Below are positions 7,701 through 13,806 of a stretch of 35,472 nucleotides of DNA, piece by piece (within the stretch, counting starts at the first letter, position 1; each line of letters starts with the position of its first letter). The position numbers and the translations under genes were made by a program. The notes under the pieces were generated by a model, which did no database searches, was not told where the DNA came from, and worked only from the letters and a program-made list of their open reading frames with translations. Source of the stretch: Bacteroidales bacterium (lineage in GTDB: Bacteria > Bacteroidota > Bacteroidia > Bacteroidales > UBA932); the NCBI GenBank assembly GCA_017650285.1, contig JAGCFF010000058.1, positions 1-35,472 on the forward strand, in the 5' to 3' direction.

Positions 7701-8887
7701 GTCGCGGAGGTCGAGCTCCACGCCAGCCTCGGTTCGGCGGGCTCTACGTTGAGGGTGTAGGAGCAGCTTGAGGAGTTGTAGATGTCTGTCTCCTCCGCCG
7801 TGGCGGTGACGGTGACGACGCCCTTGGAGAGAAGGTTCACGGCGTAGCCGTCTGCAGTGGCCGAGACTGTGGCCACCTTCGCGTCGCTGGAGCTGTAGGA
7901 GATCTTCTGGCCGCCGGGGTTGATGAGTGCGGGGAAGCTGTTGTCGGCGTTTATGGTCGCAGTGCATACCTCCTCACTCCAGGAGATGGCGACATCCGAC
8001 TTCCTGACGGTAAGGGTGTAGGAAGCACTGGACGCGTTGAAGATCCTTGATTCGGGGCTGGAAGCGGTGATGACGGTGACGCCCTCGTGGAGGGGAGTCA
8101 CCTTGCAGCCGTCGGCGGTGGCCGTGACGCTTGCAACATTGCTGTCACTCGAGCTGAAGGTCACTTCCAGCCGGTTGGGATTGAAAAGTGCGGGGAAGAT
8201 GTTGTCTTCGCCCATTACGGCCAGGGCTTCCTCTTCGCTCCAGGCCAGCTGTCCGTCGGCACGCTCGACGGTGAGGGTGTATGACACTTCGGCAGCCTCG
8301 TAGATGTCTGTCTGCGGGCTGGAAGCGGTGATGACTGCGATGCCGGCGGAAACCAGGGTCAGCCTGCAGCCGGCTTCAGCGGCCTCTACGGTTGCGACCC
8401 CTTCGTCGCTGGAGGTGAATGCCACCTCCAGCTTGTTGGGGTTGCTGAGTGACGGATATTCATTGTCATTGCCCATAACTGCCGTGGCTTCGGCCGCACT
8501 CCATCCGAGTCCCGCTCCGGCGCGTACGACCGTAAGGGTATAGGAGCAGGATGACGCCAGGAACCTGTCGTCCCTTTCGCTGAATGCAGTGATCACGGTC
8601 GTTCCCGCAGCCACCGGAGTGACCTGTCCCTTGCCGTCGACGGTAGCCACCTCCTCGTTGGAGGAGAGATAACTTACGTCGACTTTCTTGAGGTTCGACA
8701 GTGTCGGGAACTCGTTGGCCTGGCCGAGTACGGCAAGCGCTTCGGCCTGGCTCCAGCTGAGCCTGGGGTCATTGAGCGTAGCGTCCGGATCCGGGTCGAT
8801 GTCGGATATAGTTATGACATCGCCCGTGCAGTCCCAGAGCAGGGGCAGCGCCAGCGCACAGATGAACAATGACAGAAGCTTACGCAT
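4736..8887 (-). CDS. Giant surface lipoprotein: 9 tandem Ig-like (Big_2-like) modules, a Gly/Asp linker, and a Cthe_2159-type parallel beta-helix carbohydrate-binding domain
   Basis: The track start at 8890 is TTG; the ATG one codon later (8887-8885) gives 'MRKLLSLFICALALPLLWDC' (lipobox Cys). Nine ~87-aa modules have the pattern 'L/I-x-WS...FP.L.NP..L.V.[FY]SSSD..VATV....G..VTL...G.T.ITAS......A.ASYTLTV'. The linker is 'PGSGGGGGDDGQDGE'. The C-terminal ~540 aa carry repeated 'KGIS/EGIEA/DDAINC/NDAMDA' turns characteristic of the Cthe_2159 beta-helix family. Confidence 0.9.
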   Translation of the reverse strand: MRKLLSLFICALALPLLWDCTGDVITISDIDPDPDATLNDPRLSWSQAEALAVLGQANEFPTLSNLKKVDVSYLSSNEEVATVDGKGQVTPVAAGTTVITAFSERDDRFLASSCSYTLTVVRAGAGLGWSAAEATAVMGNDNEYPSLSNPNKLEVAFTSSDEGVATVEAAEAGCRLTLVSAGIAVITASSPQTDIYEAAEVSYTLTVERADGQLAWSEEEALAVMGEDNIFPALFNPNRLEVTFSSSDSNVASVTATADGCKVTPLHEGVTVITASSPESRIFNASSASYTLTVRKSDVAISWSEEVCTATINADNSFPALINPGGQKISYSSSDAKVATVSATADGYAVNLLSKGVVTVTATAEETDIYNSSSCSYTLNVEPAEPRLAWSSTSATAVMGEDNRFPTLSNPDKLEVSFSSSDSNVASVTPTSNGCKVTLRHEGVTVITASSKETGRFKAATASYTLTVSKSSVFISWSDASCTATLGSDSNVFPTLSNPGKQQIEYSSSDGTVAAVVATETGCSVTLKSQGTTTIKATSVATDTYASTSASYTLNVVKADGGLEWSKANYSATIGAQNNSFPKLKNPNNLEVTYSSSDESVATVSATASGYTVTLKKAGETTITASSKETDIFNASSASYTLTVQKSTANVTISWSTKEYTATLASSSNVYPTLNNPGRLAVEYSSSNEAVATVSQSGNSYTVTLKKEGLTVIYAKTKATDDDPAQTVSYNLNVVKNTVHLEWSSSSCNAILENGSANSFPTLSVSPGGLSINYTSSETNVATVSSSGAVTLKGTGTTDITASFGGNTNYQSASATYTLTVTSDPGSGGGGGDDGQDGEVTTVFASSGGGSSDDEISNTTFTRLVTVTYASGGASVTGYSSASGDFTVSISGNKVTITYSGSENVAYKLKGSASDGYFKLYSSKKQAIWLSNVNLTCSSGAAINNQSGKRTFVYVEGTNALADGSSASYSSGSEDMKAVFFSEGQLVFSGRGTLTVTANNSKGKSGIVSDDYIRFLSKPTVKVIANSGAGHGIKVNEYVQINAGTISITSKAATKKGISSDNYVLVEGGSTTINVSGGVGTEDGEYKGSAGIKADNYFEMNSGTLTITNTGTGGKGISAGDYDYSSSHNVADSYISGGTLKITTSGAESNGETSKGIKVGWVTKNGNKVTASAGNLVINGGIITVSSSKSEGIEAKGKLTFDGGETYSTSAADDAINCQGDMIIKSGYIYAFSSKNDAMDANGDMKISGGYVYAVTTKGSPEVALDANTEEGHKLYINNGATIVSYGGLERGYSSSQNIYQINATQNSWTGLFNGTTPIAAFQATSGASQYVVTAPSLDKAFNGVSVNNSGKRCSGMWATSGISGGTETTLSTYTGGSGGWPH
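6422..8761 (-). repeat. Intragenic tandem array of 9 Ig-like coding modules (period ~261 bp, with a younger 522-bp two-module duplication)
   Basis: Module starts fall at aa 44, 128, 215, 302, 389, 476, 564, 654 and 742 of the track ORF. An identical 26-mer 'gcggtgatgacggtgacgccctcgtg' occurs at 8064-8089 and 7542-7567, an offset of exactly 522 bp. Confidence 0.85.
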
Positions 8888-11787
8888 CAATATCCGAATA
8901 TTTCTTCAAGAGTTACGTTCTGTACGGGACCGAGGGTCCTGAGGAAGTTCATGTCGAGATCAGCGGGATCGCCGAGGATTCCGTAGTAGTATGTGCGGTC
9001 CTTGACGTATTTCTGCTGGATGGCGACAATGTCGTTCATCGTCAGAGAAGGGAGTTTCTGGTATACCAGTTTCTCGACAGGCTCGTCGATGCCGAGTTCC
9101 TCAGCTGCGAGATAGCTGTTGAGCACGGCGGCGCCGGTGGTCCTGTTGGTGCGCAGCACGCCGTCGAGAGCGGTCTTGGCGATCTCGAATGCACGGTCGC
9201 TCTGCGGCATATTGTTGATGATGTCGTCGAATGCCTCGACAGCTGCCCTGAGCTTGTCGTTCTGCGAGCCGATCCTTGCCATAAAGTAGTAGTCGTCCTG
9301 CTTGTAGGTGGGAGAAGCCAGACGGGCGCCTGCAGAGTAGGCGAGAGCCCTGGCCTCACGCATCTCCTGGAACACGATGGTGTTCATTCCGCTTCCGAAA
9401 TACTCGTTGTAGAGATTGATTGCAGGTTCGTCGGCAAGCTCGTATTTCTCACCGCGGTTGGTATACTGGATGTAGTTGAACTGACGTGCGTCATAGGGGG
9501 CGACTATCACTTTCGGAGAGTCGGTGCGCACCTTCGGGGTACGGATCCTGGTGACGGGCGTGAGCGAGCCGGCAACGTCGTGGTTCTCGGCGATGAGGTC
9601 CTTGACTTCGCCTGATGAGGCGGGACCGTAGTAGAGCACCTTGTGCTTCTTGGTGAGCAGGTTGGTGACCTTGGCCAGAAGTTCCTCGGAGGTGAGGTCG
9701 ATGATCTGCTGGTTGGTGAGGGTGCGGGCCTTCACGTTCTCCGGGCCGTAGATGACATACCTGTTGAGGGCGCTTGAGCAGGAGTTCTGGTTGAACTTGC
9801 TGATGGCGCGCTGCTGGAGCTGGTCGGCCTTGAGGGCGGCGAGGATGTCCTCGTCAGCGACAGCGTTGGCGATGAGGTCTTCAGCGATTTCGAGAGCCTT
9901 GCCGATGTTCTCGCCAAGTCCTGAGACGGCAATCCTGGTCTGGTCGTCGCCGCAGGCGAAATCGAAGCTCGATGCAAGCTTGTACATCTCTATTGCAATC
10001 TCCTCGGCACTGCGGGTCTCGGTTCCGAGGTAGCTTACGTAGTTGAGAGCGAAGCTCATTGCAGGGTCGTTGAGAAGGCCTTCGTCAAAGAGGAATACGA
10101 GCTGGGCGATGTCGTTCTTCTCGTTGTTCTTGTAGATGATGTCGAGGTCAGAACGGCCTTTGAATACTGACATATCCTTTGAGAAGTCGACGAAGACGGG
10201 TTCGATGGGCTTCACTGCAGTGCTCTGCACTTCAACGAGGAAATCGCTCTGCTTGTCGCGGTTGGTGGCGATGGGGGTGATGGCGGGAGCCTCGATCTTG
10301 TGGATGTCAGGATCTACTCCGATATGCTTGTAGGCTGTAACGTGGCTGTTTTCGCCGAGATACTTGTTGGCCCAGGCGACGATGTCCTGCTTGGTGAGCT
10401 TTGAGAGCCTGTCGAGCAGCTGCACGTCATCCTTCCAGTCGCGGCCTGCGATGAACGAGTTGACGAACTGCATTGCGCGGCTGCGGTTGTTCTCGAGGCT
10501 GCTCATCTGGCTGAGCTTGAAGTTGGCGATGGATGCTTCAACGAGGTCCTCGTCAAAGTCGCCGCTGCGGAGCTTGGCAACTTCTGCAAGAAGAAGGTCC
10601 CTGACTTCCTTGAGGCTCTGTCCCTCCTTGGGGTAACCTTCGAGAAGGAACTGGCCGTAGTCAACAGAGCCGTATGCGAAGGCTCCTGCGTCGAGCGCTT
10701 TCTGCTGCTGGTTGATGTCGAGGTCGATGAGGCCTGCCATACCGTTGTAGAGGATTGCTGAAACCACGTCGGCAACGTCGCCTTCGAGGTCCTTGCTGCC
10801 GGGATAGCGCCAGCCGATCATTACGAATTCAGCCTCGGTGCCGTAAACGTCTTTCTCGACAGGGGCGGTGATGTCCTTCTCGGGAGCATATTTCAGCTCG
10901 GGAACACCTGCTGAACGCTCCCAGTCGCCGAAGTACTTCTCGATGGTCTTAACGAACTCGTCGGGCTCGAAGTCTCCCGATACGCAGATGGCGATGTTGT
11001 CAGGAACGTAGTAGGTGGCTTTCTGCTTCTTGATGGTGGTGATAGAAGGGTTCTTCAGGTGGTCCTGGGTGCCGATGACGGTCTGCTTGCCGTAAGGATG
11101 GTTCTTGAAGAGTTCCTTGGCGATGGAAGTCATGGCCTTCTCCATATCCTCGTTGAGGTTCATGTTGTATTCCTCGTACACGGCCTCGAGCTCGGTGTGG
11201 AAACCGCGGATGACCATATTCTTGAAACGGTCGGCCTGGACCTTGGCCCAGTTGTCGATCTGGTTGGAAGGGATGTCCTCCACATAGCAGGTCACGTCTT
11301 CAGAGGTGAAGGCGTTGGTGCCCTGCGAACCGATCATGGCCATCAGCTTGTCATACTCGTTGGGGATGGCGATCTGTGATGCAAGGTAGCTCACAGAGTC
11401 GATCTGGCGGTAGAGCATCCTTCTCTCCACGGGGTCGGTCTTTGTCCTGTAAACTTCATAGAGTCGTTCGATCTCGTCGAGCAGGGGCTTCTCGGCTGCA
11501 TAGTCCGAAGTGCCGAAACTTTCGGTGCCCTTGAACATCAGGTGCTCGAGATAGTGGGCGAGACCCGTGTTGTCAGAGGGGTCGTTCTTGCCGCCTGTGC
11601 GGACGGCGATCATGGTCTGAAGCCTGGGCTCGTCCTTGTTGACGGTCATGTAGATCTTCATACCGTTGTCCATCGTGTAGATCTTGGTCTGAAGAGGGTC
11701 TCCTTTCACGGTCTCATACTTGCCGGAGCAGGAGAAGAGCATCATCATCGCCGTAAAGGCGAGAATCAAATTGGTAATTCTTTTCAT
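8887..11787 (-). CDS. M16 (pitrilysin/insulinase) family zinc peptidase lipoprotein, double-length form
   Basis: The inverted zinc motif HxxEH is present in 'GLAHYLEHLMFKGT'. The ATG at 11787 gives the lipoprotein signal 'MKRITNLILAFTAMMMLFSC'. The longer track start at 11874 would run through the candidate promoter. The stop TGA (8889-8887) shares its A with the ATG of the next gene. Confidence 0.9.
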   Translation of the reverse strand: MKRITNLILAFTAMMMLFSCSGKYETVKGDPLQTKIYTMDNGMKIYMTVNKDEPRLQTMIAVRTGGKNDPSDNTGLAHYLEHLMFKGTESFGTSDYAAEKPLLDEIERLYEVYRTKTDPVERRMLYRQIDSVSYLASQIAIPNEYDKLMAMIGSQGTNAFTSEDVTCYVEDIPSNQIDNWAKVQADRFKNMVIRGFHTELEAVYEEYNMNLNEDMEKAMTSIAKELFKNHPYGKQTVIGTQDHLKNPSITTIKKQKATYYVPDNIAICVSGDFEPDEFVKTIEKYFGDWERSAGVPELKYAPEKDITAPVEKDVYGTEAEFVMIGWRYPGSKDLEGDVADVVSAILYNGMAGLIDLDINQQQKALDAGAFAYGSVDYGQFLLEGYPKEGQSLKEVRDLLLAEVAKLRSGDFDEDLVEASIANFKLSQMSSLENNRSRAMQFVNSFIAGRDWKDDVQLLDRLSKLTKQDIVAWANKYLGENSHVTAYKHIGVDPDIHKIEAPAITPIATNRDKQSDFLVEVQSTAVKPIEPVFVDFSKDMSVFKGRSDLDIIYKNNEKNDIAQLVFLFDEGLLNDPAMSFALNYVSYLGTETRSAEEIAIEMYKLASSFDFACGDDQTRIAVSGLGENIGKALEIAEDLIANAVADEDILAALKADQLQQRAISKFNQNSCSSALNRYVIYGPENVKARTLTNQQIIDLTSEELLAKVTNLLTKKHKVLYYGPASSGEVKDLIAENHDVAGSLTPVTRIRTPKVRTDSPKVIVAPYDARQFNYIQYTNRGEKYELADEPAINLYNEYFGSGMNTIVFQEMREARALAYSAGARLASPTYKQDDYYFMARIGSQNDKLRAAVEAFDDIINNMPQSDRAFEIAKTALDGVLRTNRTTGAAVLNSYLAAEELGIDEPVEKLVYQKLPSLTMNDIVAIQQKYVKDRTYYYGILGDPADLDMNFLRTLGPVQNVTLEEIFGY

Positions 11788-11827
11788 ATCTTGACGTTTA
11801 AAAATAGCCGATAGCAATTGTAACTTA

Positions 11828-11835
11828 CAAAAGTA
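11828..11835 (-). promoter_or_regulatory. Candidate -7 box (TAnnTTTG on the minus strand) for the M16-to-barrel operon
   Basis: Plus-strand 'CAAAAGTA' is minus-strand 'TACTTTTG', about 40 nt upstream of the ATG at 11787. Confidence 0.35.
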
Positions 11836-11880
11836 TAAAATATGCCCCAAAAGCGTTATCTTTACGCACATCAATTTGCT

Positions 11881-12810
11881 ATGGAAGCCAAAAGAATTTA
11901 TCTAGCAGCAGGGTGTTTCTGGGGTGCGGAACATTTTCTCCGCAAGCTTCCGGGAATCAAATCCACCCGGGTGGGCTTTGCCAACGGCAGCACACCGTCA
12001 CCGTCCTATCGTGAAGTATATACCGACACTACCGGTTACGCAGAGACCGTGGAGGTCGTCTATGATCCGGAGAAGATGCCTTTGAAATGGCTGGTGGAGG
12101 CCTATTTCGCCATCATCGATCCACTGAGCCTGAATCGTCAGGGGGAGGATGAGGGTACCCGTTACCGCACCGGCATCTTCTACGAAGACGAAGCAGACCT
12201 TGCAGCCATCGATGAAGCTTACAGCCGTGAGCAGGACTTTCAGGGCCAGGCGCTCCGCGTCGAGAAGGAGCCGCTGCGCAATTTCTATCCTGCTGAAGAG
12301 GAACATCAGGATTACCTGATAAAGCACGCCGACGGATACTGCCACGTAGACCTGAAGGCGTTCCGCTATGCCGAACTGCTCAAGGAGCTTGAGAGTATGG
12401 TAGAGGGAGTAGGCGACGAAGTTGGTGTGATGGCCAATACGGCCGCACTGATCCACGAGAGCATGCGTTTCTTCTGGACCGGTTTCTACCGGGTGGCCGA
12501 TGAAGGACATCTCGCCCTCGGCCCGTTCCAGGGACCTGTGGCCTGCTACAGCATAGGCTTCGGCAAAGGCGTGTGCGGTACGTCTTGGAAGCGTATGGCC
12601 AGCGTAGTGGTCGAGGATGTAGAGCAGTTCCCCGGACACATCGCCTGCAGCAGCGCTTCACGCTCCGAGATAGTGGTTCCCCTGTTCGATCGTTCGGGCA
12701 AGGTTAGGGCCGTTCTGGACATAGACAGCGACAGGCTGGCCACATTCGACGATATCGACCGCCGGATGCTGGAGATAGCGATGCAGATCGTTGCCCGGGA
12801 AATCTATTGA
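11881..12810 (+). CDS. msrA: Fusion of peptide-methionine (S)-S-oxide reductase MsrA and a GAF-domain free methionine-(R)-sulfoxide reductase (fRMsr/MsrC)
   Basis: The N-terminal half carries the MsrA active site 'AAGCFWGAEHF'. The C-terminal half carries fRMsr hallmarks 'GPVACYSIGFGKGVCGTSW' and 'FPGHIACSSASRSEIVVPL' (three catalytic-type Cys). The start is ambiguous: ATG 11881 ('MEAKRIYLAAGCFWG') is preferred over ATG 11842 because of a 7/8 -7 box 'TATCTTTA' at 11858-11865. Confidence 0.85.
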   Translation: MEAKRIYLAAGCFWGAEHFLRKLPGIKSTRVGFANGSTPSPSYREVYTDTTGYAETVEVVYDPEKMPLKWLVEAYFAIIDPLSLNRQGEDEGTRYRTGIFYEDEADLAAIDEAYSREQDFQGQALRVEKEPLRNFYPAEEEHQDYLIKHADGYCHVDLKAFRYAELLKELESMVEGVGDEVGVMANTAALIHESMRFFWTGFYRVADEGHLALGPFQGPVACYSIGFGKGVCGTSWKRMASVVVEDVEQFPGHIACSSASRSEIVVPLFDRSGKVRAVLDIDSDRLATFDDIDRRMLEIAMQIVAREIY

Positions 12811-13799
12811 CGGCCGATTATGTCGATCCGCCAGGTGATGCCGAGGTCGAAGTTGTCCCTTCTGAGAGAATTGTCGCGATAGTAGACTGCGTGCAGCCTT
12901 ATGTTGTCGCGTCCCAGCGGGAAGTATTCCACGCCGGCTCCGGCGTAAAGATATTCTGTGCCCGGTGCGATCACCGCGTCGAAGGGGCGTCCGTACCTGT
13001 CGACATTGTCGCGCGAGTTGGTCTCGTAACCTCCCTTGAAGCAGAGATTCCAGTCGCCTACGCTCCAGATGGTCTTGAGGATCACCGTATAGTCGGTGAA
13101 AAAGAAGTTCCTCTGCTGGAAGGAGGCCCTGTTCATAAGGTCCAGATCCAGCAGGAAGTTGTCCCACTGGAAGTGGTTGCCCAGGGCGAGGTAGTTGATG
13201 AAACGCCCGTCCAGATCCTGAACGAAGTTGGCGGTCCATATGGTGTTCCATATGTCAGTGATCTTGCCCATCCAGGCGAAGTTGTAGGCATAGACGCCCT
13301 GGTAGCCGTATGAAAGGGGAGAGGTGCAGACCTGGAACTCCAGCAGCTGCCTGTCGGTGAGCCTGTATGCCGTGCTGGCACCGAAGGTGAAACCCTGGTT
13401 TATGCTGTTGCAGAACTTGCTGTAGAAATAGACGTCGATGGGCACGGCGTCATATTCGTAGCCTCCTATCAGCACGGCGTCCTTGCCGACGCGGAAACTC
13501 CACCGGTCAGTGGCCTGCCAGTTGATGTAGAGGAAGTCCGTGGCGTTGAAGACGTAGTGCTCGTCGAACACCTGCTTGTTGAGCCTCTGCCGCAGTCGGT
13601 AGTTGATGCGGTCGTTGATGTGGCCGAATATGTTGAGGTTGAGGTGGTCGGCAAGGAACTGTGTGCTGACATCCCCGTCATCGCCCTGGAGATGGAATAT
13701 GCCTCGCGTGTCGATATAGAGCCTGTCGACTCCGCCGGCCTGGGCCATTGCGGTGAATGACAGCACTGTCAGTGCAACAATGGAAAGAATCTTTCTCAT
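12804..13799 (-). CDS. Outer-membrane porin (OprO/OprP phosphate-selective-porin-like; tentative)
   Basis: 331 aa. It has the signal peptide 'MRKILSIVALTVLSFTAMAQA' and a beta-strand-rich, aromatic-girdle composition. 'INYRLRQRLNKQ' and 'FRVGKDAVLIGGYEY' resemble Porin_O_P family blocks as I remember them. Confidence 0.65.
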   Translation of the reverse strand: MRKILSIVALTVLSFTAMAQAGGVDRLYIDTRGIFHLQGDDGDVSTQFLADHLNLNIFGHINDRINYRLRQRLNKQVFDEHYVFNATDFLYINWQATDRWSFRVGKDAVLIGGYEYDAVPIDVYFYSKFCNSINQGFTFGASTAYRLTDRQLLEFQVCTSPLSYGYQGVYAYNFAWMGKITDIWNTIWTANFVQDLDGRFINYLALGNHFQWDNFLLDLDLMNRASFQQRNFFFTDYTVILKTIWSVGDWNLCFKGGYETNSRDNVDRYGRPFDAVIAPGTEYLYAGAGVEYFPLGRDNIRLHAVYYRDNSLRRDNFDLGITWRIDIIGRQ

Positions 13800-13806
13800 A
13801 GCTTGG

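Noticed and set aside
6422-8761. A regular tandem repetition that could superficially suggest a CRISPR or satellite array.
   Set aside because: The period is ~261 bp with no short conserved repeat/spacer alternation. The whole region is one open reading frame encoding Ig-like protein modules.
11788-11874. N-terminal extensions offered by the ORF track: M16 to 11874, small protein to 4817, patatin from 16719 (TTG), receptor to 27869, phosphoesterase to 14919 (TTG), giant protein to 8890 (TTG), and transglycosylase from 14943.
   Set aside because: In each case an internal ATG is followed immediately by a canonical signal peptide or lipobox. The extension also overlaps a terminator, a candidate -7 box or the neighbouring gene, or starts at a non-ATG codon.
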